This document shows positions 1-13,311 of a DNA stretch of 64,000 bases, in pieces (position 1 is the first letter of the stretch; the number at the start of each line of letters is the position of its first letter). The stretch is from the NCBI RefSeq assembly GCF_052425735.1, contig NC_135758.1, positions 8,370,001 to 8,434,000 on the forward strand, given 5' to 3'. Under the pieces are notes generated by a model that was not told where the DNA came from, made no database searches, and saw only the letters and a program-made list of their open reading frames with translations. The stretch comes from Oculina patagonica (taxonomy: Eukaryota). Position numbers and translations under genes: made by a program.

Positions 1-825
1 CTCTCAAAACACCGACTTCAAGTGAATATTTCGTAAACAGAAAAATATATTTCTCCGCCTTTCTACGCAAGCTACTAAGAAATTATTTGTGAAAGCTTAT
101 TGAAAAGTTATTATTCCAAAAAGGTTAAAAAAGAACTCATTGAAAGAAAATAAGTTTTTCGATGAGTTGTTTACACAAGCTTTACACAAAAAGTAAGGGT
201 TGTGTAAACAAGCGATGCGAGACAGTTCACGTGCTGGCTCCGTGCTCCACGCAACATTTCTTTTTTTAATGAAAATAGCATCCTATCTTGCTAGCGGTAA
301 GGAAAGGCTTTTGGTCTAATAACTGCTGTTCTTGTAGGATTCTAGGTTTTTATTTGCATGAAAAAAGGCATTTGTCGTGGACGACGTGACAAAGGGTCAC
401 ACCACGCTCCTTCACATTGCGTGACATCCCAAGCGGCAATGGTAACGTTTGTTTCTTGAAGCGTAGCACATAAGACAAGTAATAGTACACTTTGTTCTTC
501 CAACAGTCTTGTAAATAATAAATTGATTGACAAGTTCTTTGTTTTTTCGCCTTGTATCTCGAATTACTCGATTCGAAACTTGAAGTTGTTGACTGCTACA
601 GTAACTCATTGATTAATTCATAATGTCAACTTTTATTCAAATGAAAGTCCACACATGTTCGCATAGCGAACTCACTTTTCTGTTATTTTCTTTTTTCTTC
701 GCACAATTTTGACGCCCAGTCAAAAGCTGAATGTCCGTAACAGGACATAATTATGCACTGTAGAACCTTTTTGTCCACAGAGTTGGATACTGGTCTCATT
801 TCCTTCCAAATCAAACACAGAATAA

Positions 826-3033
826 GGGCCTGTTTACAAGCAGGCAGGGTAACCCTAGTGCTAGGGTTACCCTAGCAGGAGGGTTACCCTAGCGCTCCCA
901 CATTTCTTCTTTTTTTCATCGACGTGTTTACAAGGCAGCTAGGATTACCCTAGCACTAGAGTAACCCTAGCTGACCGCTAGGGTTACCCTAGCGCCAGGG
1001 TAACCCTAGCGCCTTGTAAACGCTCTGCTAGGGATAACTCGCCTACCCGGGACAACTTTATTTTGGCTCCAAGAAGCTAAATATGTTTAACAAGCAGCTA
1101 TTTCAAAAAGAAATAGTGTTACGTTTCCAGATTGCGGAAGGGTGAGAATAGCGTAATGTTTAAGGAGAGGTGTGTTTGGGGTTTGTTTTAATTTGGAGGT
1201 CTAGTGTATGTTGAATTTGCTGAATTTATGCGCGAGTGAAGAAGAAAAAGAACTTCATATTCAGTAGTAACTTCCCATTTAACGCCTACTGTCCATTTTA
1301 TGTGAAGGAGGCGTAAACTCAGACCAGCTACAGTTTGGCAGAGTTCAAGTAACACATTAATATTTCTCCTTATAGAAATTGTATGTGTCTTTCTCTCCAA
1401 ATAAAGTTAAATAAAGGGAGCTTGCCTTCACCTTTTTCACTCATCCAATGAAAACTAAAATGATTTTTTCTGCAGAACACTTTTTTTTATTAATGAAAAA
1501 ATAACTACAAAAAATAATATGTTCCTATCAATATAATCGTAGATAAAAAATTATTACCTTTTGACAAAAATCTTGAGGTATATACTTCTCTAAATTGATC
1601 TCTAAATTGATCACATGCTCAAGGCACATGCTCAAATCAAATAAATGCCAAATTCTAGACAAACTAAAACCCTAGTCGACAAGAACAGAGATAAGCACAA
1701 GTACACTGTTTCGAAGCCATTTCTGTCAAAAAAAAATGCGTGTGGTCACTTAAAACTTCGACACGTAATCAACAAGGGCAAATTAATGTAAAAAAGCTAC
1801 CATACACAGATCCAGAAGTATTTAGTCAAAACTGGATTTTATTTTGCTCGTTCGTCTCGATCCGCGCTGGAAGCTCTTCTGGCAAATATGAAATTACTTC
1901 CACAGAATAAGACACAGCCAAGTTGCTTCTGTTGTCAGTGTTACAGCCTTGATAATTACGATTTGCATTTTTTGGCGATGCCGTGGACAGCAGTCGCTGT
2001 AGTTAATCTTGAGCTTTACATCAAGGAGATAAATGTTGTTCGACATGGCAGTTGCACAGCTTGCTATACGAAACTGTCCATACGAAATTTGATGTTTTAA
2101 CAGAACTTGACTGTCTTCTTTTTCGTTCTGAACTTTTCGTGCCGACTCGAATGTTTTCGCGATTCACGTGACACTGATCACACAAACTCCGGATACGTCC
2201 ACGCGAGAACCCACGCAATTTTGCATGTATTCGCGCGGCTTGTGACGTCGAAGATGCCGTGAATTTTCCTATACACATTTATACATTAATCTGTTACATT
2301 AAGTGAAAAAACTTTGTAACTCTCCTGCATATATGCCTTTCTCTTCAATCAACTTGCCCGTTTTCGGGGCACGCTAGCCCTTCCGTGCGAGCAAACACGG
2401 CGGATATGCCATGTCATCACGCTTTTGTTTGCGTTGCAAACACCCTGATTGTTGGAAGTCTTCTTCCGTTTCAGAATATAGCTAAAATGTTTACTTTACA
2501 ATTAAACGCTAAAAGAGCTTACTCTAATTCTTTCCCAATACATCGCTTTAATCAAACCTAAAACCATTTGCAGTCGTCGGATATTTGTATTTGTAAGAAA
2601 TCTCAATATTTTTTAGTCATGCTGAGGATTATCTTTCCGATATTTGAAGAACATGCTTTTACGCAATTAATTGCCTTCGGTCAAACTTATTTACTTTGTG
2701 GATGCGAGCGTTCTCCTGATTGGATAGTAGCCTCCACGGTGTAAATAAAAAAACGACAAAAAAAAACGACAAAAACAGCGAATTGTGACCAAGAAACATC
2801 GTGTTCATTCACCATTTGTCGTATTTTTGCACCGGAACGGAATTATTTTCGAATAACAGCTTCTAACGACAAAATTTTACAAGGTTAACTGAAGCGTAAC
2901 CGGTGTAAGTTGACCCGGGTAGAAGGGTTATCCTACCTGCGAATTGTTGCTTGTAAACCCGGGCTATCTTCTAACCCTCTTGCTAGGGGTAACCCAAGCA
3001 CTAGGGTTACCCTACCTGCTTCTAAACGGGCTC
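826..3033. mobile_element. Non-autonomous PIF/Harbinger-like DNA transposon
   Basis: ~60-bp TIRs (gggcctgtttacaagcaggcagggtaaccctag... / ...ctagggttaccctacctgcttctaaacgggctc), TAA TSD at 823-825 and 3034-3036, and subterminal arrays of ctagggttaccctag. Empty sites occur in paralogous flanks (e.g. ~11747, ~32395, ~54498). No transposase ORF. Confidence 0.88.
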
Positions 3034-3194
3034 TAAGGAATAAGGACTAGGGGAGCGAGCTTTTCTTACTCACTGTTACGCGCAAACATCTCCTTCCTGC
3101 AATCACAAGCTATTCCTACTCATGCTCCTTTGTTTTGTTTTGGTTTTCTCTTGTCTTCTTTGTCTTTTTTGTTAATGGCTAATAAGTCTGCCGA

Positions 3195-4226
3195 GCGTTG
3201 CAGACGAACAAAACCCCGGTTATATCCGTCTGCGAATTAGAGCACAAAAGCTTGTTCCGGCCCCCCGCGTGTTACCAGGGATTTCTATAATAACCTCTGA
3301 TTGGCTTTTGAATAGGGCCGTTCTTTCGTGCGCCGCAATTGGTTAAGTGGATGTTGTGAAACCATAGTTTCCCCTTCGATGAATACCAGATACCAGTTAG
3401 GTCAATTACAGTAATTTGTACATTTGCCGTTCGATGGAATTGGTCATCCGATTTATTTCGCTTTTCACTCGTTTAGAAAGGGCACTATATGTTGTCAGCT
3501 GTATTATTTGGAGGCGTTTTAAGTTGAGAGACTGTCGCTTTATTTATTTATAGCAAATGTGTAGAGGTCATAGTCACGGCTTTCCGTTTGTATATTTTGA
3601 CACCTCTGTTTTAAATTTGTCATATGTAATTAATATTGCGGTATGTCTTGGAACAATGACATTCAAATTTGTAAGATATTTGTAGACCTCTCGAAATATT
3701 CGCTCTGGTCCTAAATTTTCCGTGAAGATGTCGACTGTACTTGCATTCTGCATTTGTAATGCCGGGTTCGGCTGTTTATTGTGTTGCAAGGTGTGTGGCT
3801 TTTCATCACGGATGACGGATGCGCGTTGTGTGACATTCTTTCACCACAAGACAAATGTAGATTATATTTTCTTCCACGACCTTTTTGCTTGTCAGTTGTG
3901 TTTGCTTTTTGACGTTATTGTTGTTTTCTTTTTTTATCAGGTTTGTGCGAACCGGCTGCTTTTTTACCGCTTCAAACGCTAATTCTTACCGATCTGCTGT
4001 GATCGCCGCCAAGTTTATTTTGTATCTGTTATTCATCAAAAGCGAAATTATGGTGTTACGAGATCCATTCGACCAATCACGGCGCATGAAAGAACGGCCC
4101 TATTCAAGAGCCAATCAAAGGTTATTATAGAAATCCCTGGTAACACGCGGGGGACCGGAACAAGCTTTTGTGTTCTAATTCGCAGGCGGATATAACCGGG
4201 GTTTTGTTCGTCTGCAACGCAGGCTA
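3195..4226. mobile_element. Non-autonomous DNA transposon with ~160-bp TIRs (right end ...cgcaggcta; left tip eroded)
   Basis: 3195-3352 is the reverse complement of ~4063-4220. It splits the paralog-conserved sequence ccgagc..gaaaatcc (empty at ~32566 and ~54647). Superfamily not assigned. Confidence 0.85.
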
Positions 4227-6029
4227 GAAAATCCTTTTGTTCGCGTTTCCTTGTCCGAATCCTGATTTTAGGCAAGTTACATGAAGTAGATATCGAGAAG
4301 CAGACCTCACGAAAACAATTTCGTCTTCCGCTTTCGTTTTGGAACAACCCGATAAGTACGGCTTGCATCTTGTTTTGTACTGGAATAAGGCATTAAAAAT
4401 TAATCTTGGTTTGATGAAGTTCACTGAACGGCTGGTTTGTTGCGTGGCTTGAGTGTGAGGCGGAAATTATTCATCGTCGCGGCCGGCATCATTTCGAAAC
4501 CAGTTGCTTTGAATGCAAAGACAAACAAAGTGTGAAAGATTATGTTTTCAGGGAATTCAATGCGAACTGATTTTGATAAATTCATCCCGGCCATACATTT
4601 GTTTGTGGGCTGCCCAACATATCGGGTCATATCGCTTTCAGGTTTGAATATTTAAAGACTGTTATTTTAACATACGAAATCCTAAACAAAGACTGCATTA
4701 TTTCGTTCCATGTTTGCACTCAACCCGAAATGGTAGTCGTGAATATCACAGACAGTGTCTTTGTGACCGATTAACATCATTTTAAACTTTTAAAGTACAT
4801 AGCTAGCTGTGAATATAGCTAAGTACGAGTTGGTAAAGTTTGGCAACTGGTTAAAATAGTTCTGAAATAGTTTAATTTTATGCGCACTGTATCGACAGTG
4901 TATCGACAATGTTGATCATGTAGCAGCCAAGCAGAATGCATAAATAATTGTACTGATCTGAACCGACCAGTTTGTGTAATCTGCTCTAATCATCTGTTCA
5001 GGAGAACAAGAAGCTTAAAATTGGATCAGTGTGCTGTGAATGATTTCCCGTAGTGTTTTTAAGTTGTGGGATTATTTTGTTATTACCACTATTTATTGAT
5101 TGCGAATTTAGTGTCCAGCTGTGATTACAGACAAAAAACTTCCTACTTGCTTCGGTAGTTTCCAACGTTCTTCTTTGTAACCGTATAACTAAGTTTGCTG
5201 TGTTTCATTTTGTATCAGCACTGAGCAGCGTCTAATGAAAACATTTGAGAATATTAAACGGGTAGGCAATAAAACCTGCATGGCATTTTCGTACGTGCAA
5301 ACTAAAACAGCAATGTAACACTTGATTGCTGAAGCTGAACATCAGTATATAAAATATATGCTAATCTAAGGGGGGGGGGGGGGGGGGGATGGAGGCCAAA
5401 GAGGAAGAGCAACCTCATCGCATGCTGACAAAACAACCATAACTGCCCAGGACCACTAGAAAGACGCTTACACAATTTCAAGGAGAAGGAATGAATATAT
5501 AACCAAAGAAAAATACCACGTTTTTCCCAATTTAAGGGCAAAACAAAATATGGTCAAAAACAGTCTCAAGTTTTAGCGGCACATCACTAATAAAGTATTG
5601 CTACTAGCCTGAGGACGATCTTCTCGGTAGAAGATAGGGCGAAATATAAGCAAAGCGAGCCACCCCTAATAACTTCTTTCAAACTCTTTATTTCCTTGCT
5701 CGCCAGCCGTTTTGTAACCCCCCCCCCCCCCGACTAGTGGGGCCTGTTCACGGGTTACCATGGAGCCGGATTGTGCTTGAACTTCTCAAGCAACTTAACG
5801 CCTGGTGAAAGGCCATGTAACACACCTAGCACAGAATTAAAACGTTCTTGATAACTCTCAACTAATTCAATAGTTTCGGCACGTCAGTTAGTAGATATTT
5901 GACTAGGTCAGTTACAAAAGTATAAGTGGCCATCACCTATCATTTCTTTATCTGACACCTAACAAAACAAAGTTTGTTATTTTTTTCTTGTGATTTATTC
6001 AAGGTTGCCGGTTTACAGTTGTAACGGTT

Positions 6030-9000
6030 ATGGAAAGCGTGGAAGAGATTCCTCGAGCTCTGTTTATCGGCATTGCAGTGGCATCAGTTTTACTTTACAC
6101 TTATCGATATAATAAGGGCATTGAGCTGTTCACTGAATGTTTGGTTCTTCTGAAGAAGCATTCTTCAAGGTTGAAGGAGAACAAACGGAACAAACTTTAC
6201 GCGTTGGTATATCACAGGCTATTCAATCTTTACTGCCTTGTCAATGACTGTAAGAATGCTATCCACAGCGGCGAGCAAGCCTTTCCTTTATATTACGAAA
6301 TTGGTGAACTTGAAAGCGCGGCCGGATTGCTCGACAAAATTGGCGATTTGTATCAGTTTATTGGCGAACAGGGGAAAGCCAAAGAAAGATACGAGAAAGC
6401 ATTGACGTTGTACTCAAGCGAGATGACGTTCGATCTTTCTGGCATGCCAGATATCAAGCAAAAAGAGCATTTAAACAAAATGCTAGTGCTGGCAACCAAA
6501 ATTTGTGACAAGGAAAGTGAAGGACGGCTTCTTAACCAACTGGGTGAGTTGTCCTTGTCGCATTTCGAGTACGCTAAAGCGGAGGAACATTTTCAAAAGG
6601 AACTTGCAATTTCGAAAGAAACTGGCAACAGAAAAGAGGAAGGAAAAGCTCTCGGCTGCCTCGGCAAACTGTATAAAAAAACTGAAGAATACCAAGAGGC
6701 GAAGCAACATTATGGACAAGCAATGGTAATCTGGGAGCAGGCTGATGAGATAATAGAGCAAGGAAATACCTGTAGCGAGCTTGGAAGTATTTGCAACAGT
6801 CTTGGTGAGTTTCAGAAAGCAAAAACATTGCAAAAGAAGGCTCTGGACATGAAATGGGGACAAGAACTTAGAAATCATAGATTACCGAAACCTTGCAGAA
6901 GTCCACACGTCACTAGGGGAATATGATGAAGCCAAAGAATGTTACAAAAAGGCACTCGCTATTAGTAAAGAAGTTGATGACCGAAAAGGAGAAGCCTTGA
7001 CATACAGCGGTCTTGTGAGTTTTTATCGTCATCTGAACGATTTTAAAGAAGCTGTAAACCTCTGCAGGAAGGCACTTGAAATTTTCAAAGAAATTGGTGA
7101 ACTATCTTATGAAGGAGCTGAAAATAGTGACCTCGCAGACCTGTACCGTTTTCTTGGAAAATATAAAAAAGCAATAAAATGTTATGATAGAGCGCTTGCC
7201 ATTCGGAATCGAATTGGTGATAGAAGAGGGGAAGGTGAAACATATTGTAACCTTGGTACTGTTTATCAATCTCTCGGAGACTATGGTAAGGCGAAGGAAT
7301 GTCACGAACAAGCACTTGCTATCTCCAAAGATACAAATCACTTAAGAGGGCAGGGAGTAGATAACGGAAATCTCGGAACTGTGTACCAGCATCTTGGTGA
7401 TTATAACGCGGCATAAGAGTATCACAAGAAGGCATTGGAGATAAGGCTGCGAACTGGGCACAGAAAAGAATTGCCTGCGTCATACGATCACCTGGGAAAT
7501 GTTTGTCAGCATCTTGGGGAATATGTAAAGGCCAGTAAACTTTACAGAAAAGCCCTTACAACCGCTAAGGAAATTGTTGATAGAAAGATTGAAGGAAATA
7601 TTTTATCCAATTTGGCAACTATAGAGGAAACCATTGGCGAGCATAAAAAGCGGCAGATTATCTCAAAGAAGCATTGCAAATCAGCAAAGAAATCGGAGAC
7701 ATCAAGCTAGAAGTGTCAGTAAATGGTAGCCTTGGAACAGTTCACAAATCTCTTGGTGATCTGACTACGGCCAAGAAGTATTTCCAGAAGTCACGCGCAA
7801 TTGCAAAACGAATTGGATGCAAAACTGAAGAAGGCATCCCTCTCGGTAACCTCGGAACGTTGCATACTTCATTAGGTGAATACGCTATGGCGAGAAAATG
7901 TTGCGAACAAGCGTTGGAAATCTCAAAACAAACCGTTCATAAAAAGGGTGAAAAGGCAATAAACCTAAACCTAGGAGCGTTGCATATACATCTCAATGAA
8001 TTGCAGGAAGCATTAAAATGTTTCGAAAGAGCACTTCTGATCTGCGAACAGATTGGAGACGTCCATTGGAAAAGCATGGCCAACTGCAACATAGCAGAGG
8101 TGTATATTATGCGACAGGATACTCCCAAAGCTCTATCGTATCTCTCAGAGAGCATTAAGAACCTTGAAGAGGCGCGAGTATCAGTTGGGGAGAGCGAATA
8201 TTACAAAATAGGGTTCGCTGACAAGAATGCTGGTCCTTATCAATTAATGATTACTGTCTTGTTAAAACTAGGATGTGTAAACAATGCTTTATCAATCTCA
8301 GAACTTGCACGTGCCAGATCACTGGCAGAGTTAATGGCAACTAGATATTCCTGCAAGGATTTGCCTGGTTTTGATTCCAATCGATGGGTTGACTTCACGA
8401 ATGTCATCCAAAACAATTCTTGCACATGTCTATCATTTTGTTTTTTGCAAGAAATTCTTCTCTGTTGGATTGTAAGGGCTGGTAGGGTAGAAGTTGTAAC
8501 AGTCAAAGATCTCACGGCAGACATCCAACCTCAAGATTCATCCATTGAAGACTGGCTGGAGAGTTTGGCGAATGAGTGCTACAGAAGGTTTTTACTTCTA
8601 CAAGGAGAACGCTGTGAAGATCGCTCGTTGTTGTTATGGGATGAAAATAGCGAGGCAAGATCCCCATCAAAAGTTGAAGAAGGTGTGAGCACTTGTCAGG
8701 TTACAGACCGAAAAGAAGAAGGAGGCAAGGAACCGCTAGCTCTTAAGGATTTGTATAAGATCGCCATAGCCCCTGTTCTTAAATTTCTGGAAGGATCTGA
8801 GATCGTCATCGTTCCTGATCGTTCTTTAAACACAATTCCTTTTGCAGCGTTGATGGACGAGAGTGGAGAATTTATGTCTAAAAAGTTCAGGATTCGTTTC
8901 ATTCCTTCTTTGACGACTCTCAAGCTGATCCAAGACAGTCCAGCGAACTATCACAGTCAGGCGGGTGTGTTGATTGTGGGAGATCCTGAAGTTGGCCTCC

Positions 9001-9578
9001 CAGAATGCCCCCCACTTCCCTGTGCCAGAGAGGAAGCAGAGATGATCGGACGGTTACTACATGTTCGCCCTTTAACTGGAAAACAAGCCACTAAGCAAGC
9101 TGTGCTTCAGAAGATACACTCAGTGAGTCTTATTCACATCGCTGCACACGGTAATGCCGACAGAGGAGATATCGCCTTAGCCCCTGCCCAGTATATAAAA
9201 GGCAAACCGAAGAAGGAAGACTTTGTACTGACAATGCACGACATATCAAGAAAGCAGTTGCGAGTCAAGCTGGTGGTGCTCAGCTGTTGTCACAGTGGAC
9301 TCGGGCAAATCAAAGCTGAAGGAGTTGTTGGAATCGCTCGAGCGTTCTTAGGATCTGGTGCACGCTCCGTGTTGGTGTCTTTGTGGGCTGTGGACGACAG
9401 TGCAACAATGCAGTTTATGAAGCAATTCTATGAACACTTGGTCCGTGGGAAGAGCGCCGGTGAGTCTCTTCATGAGACCATGAAATGGATGAGAGGAAAT
9501 CCACAATACCGTGAAGTGAGAAAGTGGGCACCATTCATGCTGATTGGGGATGATGTGTCATTTAACTTCAAAAAGTGA
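6030..9578 (+). pseudogene. TPR-CHAT protease copy 1 (type A TPRs), disrupted
   Basis: Four consecutive ORFs (6030-6926, 6997-7416, 7435-7710, 7674-9578) tile the intact 1185-aa paralog. Lesions relative to copy 4 and the intact copies: a net 8-bp loss at ~6850, TAC>TAA nonsense at 7414-7416, and a 1-bp loss at ~7649. The CHAT motifs HIAAHG and LSCCHS are still present. The upstream exon-1 donor is also mutated (ATAAGT at 4352). Confidence 0.92.
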
Positions 9579-10968
9579 ATGTAAGTTACGATTTTAACGT
9601 TTTTTGGCCTTTCACTGATATAAATAGTTTTTGAATGTAGGAAATATATGTAGTAGGTTTGCTGGTCCAATGGTAATTGGAGGTGATATGTCATTGAAAT
9701 TCAGGAAATGAATGTAGAATGAGCGTAGAATAACTTAAGATTTGTTTGTTATGCACACCAACTATAGTGCGACTGTTTATGCAACTAACGCCACACGTGT
9801 AGTGTGTTATTTGAGGTTATGTTTCATTTTAATTCAAAAATGAATGTAAGGGCAGAATGACTTTGATTTGTTTATGGTGTACACCAATTACGGTCAGGCA
9901 ATAATCTGTATACTACACAACAACAAAAATGTGTCCATGTGCATCATTTTAACACTCACATGAGTTTTTTCAAGTTGCAAAGACATTTACTGGGTAGTTT
10001 GGGTTGAGTAGTCGCAGCACTGTAGATACTGAATGAAATATTCCCAGTGTATATGCTGTCTATACACGATACGTTCGGTTTGTTGCATAAGAATCGGAGT
10101 AGACATGATTCAGTTGTTTTGTTTGAAAGTATGTTAGAATGGCAAAGATGAATTGGTATACCCCTTCATACATTATTAAGCAGTAAGGCAGAGGCTGTTG
10201 ATTACTGAGGCATTTTTGCTTGTTTTTGTTTGTTTTTTCCAAAGGGCAACAAGTCAGAGAGAAAAGAAATCTGGCAAGACAGACCGTGATTTATTGTGTT
10301 TCGAAAGGACTACAAAAAGGAACAAAAGTTAAGATTATTACTGTATATATCAAAGTACTTCTATTTTTTTTATCATTTTTGGACCGGATGTTTGAAGAGT
10401 TCGTTGTCGTTTTCTAGATTCTTGGATTAAAAAGGGTGTAGGCTTCAGCTTCTCCAGTCATTTGATCAACAGAAATTTAAAATCAAAAGGAAACGTAATG
10501 AGTTAACTGTCTAAAGTACAAATTTAACTGTCCATTTTGTTCATGTGAATCAGACTATTTTGAAAATTCTGTTGAAAAAAAAAAAGAAAACAATAACAGA
10601 GGGCAAAAAAAAAATAATAATAACAGCGGGCATCTAGTAAAGTGCAAATGTATACATATTTCCACGTCATGTTGCCCCAGTCCCTCGAGCAATGTAACGT
10701 TGAAACCAATGTAACGTTTTTGTGGCGTTGAGCGAACTGGTTTGTGTTATATTTCAGCGACTTTCATGTTTCTCTAATAGTATCATTTTATAACTAAAAA
10801 GTATATGAGATATGCTATTACGCATTTTCTTAATAACGAAACAGCAAAACTGCTGCATTAATACACATTTGATCGCTATGCAGATGTGCTATGTTGGAAT
10901 TTTCTGACCAGTGTAGATGGAAGCCTTCAGTTGTATTTTCTTTGTACTTTATAGTAATTAAGGTCGTT

Positions 10969-11057
10969 AGGGTTTTTCTCCTCCGGTTTTCCTCTCTCCA
11001 CAAAAACTAGCACTTCCAAATTCCAATGCGATCAGGAATACACGGCCCCACAAGCTT
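10969..11057 (+). mobile_element. SINE core fragment
   Basis: gggtttttctcctccggttttcctctctcc...acttccaaattccaat resembles the conserved central domain of invertebrate tRNA-derived SINEs (recalled, not searched). It replaces sequence present in the paralogous flanks. Confidence 0.5.
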
Positions 11058-13061
11058 AAGCAAAATCGACAAATCAAAGAAAGTAAGACCGCATTAATTT
11101 TTTATAGATGAATTTCACCTGCGATTCTCTTGGTTACCTTCCTTAATTCAGTGCTCTCAGCTGCACACGGATGAGATGTCCGTCCTGTGAAGCCTAATAG
11201 CTAGGCCTTCGCCAGGCCCTCTAGCAAAAATCCTTTATCTCTTTGGCGTGGACACACAGTTTAATCCTAATATCATCATGCCAGCGCCTAAAAAAGCTAA
11301 TTTTAATATAACCGATTTGACTGCCATTATTCCTACGGATGATCATAAAGACCTTGGCCTCGCAGAAATGCATAAAATATTATGCTACATGCACTAAAAT
11401 CGAAGTTGGACAATGGGACAATGAATCCTGGATTAGCTTAGTCGTGTTTGGAGGAACCCAACCTTGTGTTATACATGTACTCACACGTGTAGCAATGTAA
11501 GCACAATGCAATGCAAGGGTGGGACAGAAGCGGAAGGGTAACATGAAGCACGATCATGATATGAGGGACTGGGGAAAAATTAAGGAGTTATATTAACTTC
11601 TTCCCAGTCTCACCATGATCGTGCTTTTTGTCCCCCATCCAATCAAAAGCTGGATGTCTGTAACAGGACATAATTATGCACTGTAGAACCTTTTTTGTTC
11701 ACAGAGGTAGTCATTGGTCTTATTTCCTTCCAAATCAATCACAATCTAAGGAATAAGGACTAGGAGAGCGAGATATTCCAGCGTAACAAAAAGCTCTTTC
11801 AACCCCACTGCTACCGGCGCAGACAACTCCTTCCTGCCATCACAGGCTATTTCTACTCATGCTGCTTTGTTTTATTTTGGTTTTGTCTTGTCTTGTCCTT
11901 TTTTTGGTTAATAGTCGATAAGCCTTACAAGGAGGAAAATCCTTTTGTTCGCGTTTCCTTGTCCGATTCCAGATTTTAGAGGACTTACATGAAGTCGGTA
12001 TTGAGACGCAGACTTCACAAACATTACGAAAACAATTTCGTCTTCCGCTTTCGTTTTGGAACAACCCGGTAAGTACAGCTTGTATCTTGTATTGTACTGG
12101 AATAAGGCATAAGAAATAGTCCTTAAATACTTCAGTGAAATTAATCTTCGTTCGATAAAGTTCAATAAACGGCTGACTTGTTTCGTAAAGCGGAAATGTA
12201 AACGATTTCAATCTATCCAGTCTATCGTGGCCGGCATCATTTCGAAACCTTGCTTTACAAAGCGTAAAAGATAATGTTTCCGGGGAATTATTTGCGAAAT
12301 TATTTTGATAAATTCATCCTGGCCATACATTTGTCTGTGGGTTGCCCAACATATCGGGTCATATCGCTTTCAGGTTTGAATTTAAGGCCTGTTATTTTAG
12401 CATTCAAAGTCCTAAACAAACACATGAATTATTTCCTTCCATGTTTGCACTATTTTCTCGATATTTCCGAAATAGTGGTCATGACTATCACAGACATGTC
12501 TTTGCGACCGATTGGCATCATTTTAAAACTTTTACAAAGTACAAAGCTATGAACATAGTTAAGTACAAGTTAGTACAGCTTGACAAATGGTTAAAATTAG
12601 TTTAATTTTATGTGCAATGTTGATCATGTAGCAGCCAAGTATAATGCATGAATAATTGTATCTAAACGGAATTAGTTTGTGTTATCTGCTCTCATCATCT
12701 GTTCAGGAGAACAAGAAATTTAAAATTGGATCAGTGTGTTGTGAATGATTTTCAGTCAGGTTCCAATTTGTGGACTTATTTTGTTATTACCACCTTGAAT
12801 CGATTCATGTGAACCAAAACAGGTTTATAGCTCAGACAAAGATCCTCGGTCAACAAAAGATCCAAAGCTCGAGTTACTATTTCAGGAAACTTTCGTGATG
12901 CAAGTATTGAATATCACTGTCACGAGAACAGTTGGTCTTTCGTTTGGGAAGCTAGGCGGAAAAACAGGTACCGTTTTCGCTTGTTCGTTGCCAGTGTTCT
13001 GACAAGGAATTGCTAGGTAAGACAGGTAACATATACAGATTTACGTGATGTGTTATGTATA

Positions 13062-13311
13062 CAGTAGAACCCCGATTTCTCGAACCTCCAGAGGAAACGA
13101 AAATTGCTTCGAGAAATCGGGAGAATCGAGAAAACCGACGGGGAAACCGAGGGTTTGAGAAATCGGGAGAATCGAGAAACCGACGGGGAAACTGAGGGTT
13201 TGAGAAATCGGGAGAATCGAGAAACCGACGGGGAAACCGAGGGTTTGAGAAATCGGGAGAATCGAGAAACCGACGGGGAAACCGAGGGTTCGAGAAATCG
13301 GGATTCTACTG
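13062..13311. mobile_element. pogo/Tc1-mariner-like MITE with an internal 45-bp minisatellite (4 copies)
   Basis: TA|CAGTAGAACCCCGATTTCTCGAACC ... GGTTCGAGAAATCGGGATTCTACTG termini. The unit gagaaatcgggagaatcgagaaaccgacggggaaaccgagggttt is repeated across 13111-13290. Confidence 0.85.

Noticed and set aside
846-1010. ctagggttaccctag arrays as telomeric repeats
   Set aside because: They are palindromic subterminal repeats of the Harbinger-like element, mirrored at its other end, not (TTAGGG)n tracts.
5369-5388. Poly-G tracts (also ~15458-15475) as functional G-quadruplexes
   Set aside because: Simple homopolymers that are not conserved among paralogous units.
13111-13290. 45-bp repeats as a CRISPR array, or the 173-aa and 112-aa repetitive ORFs as genes
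   Set aside because: The units are contiguous with no unique spacers and lie inside MITE TIRs. The ORFs are translations of the minisatellite.
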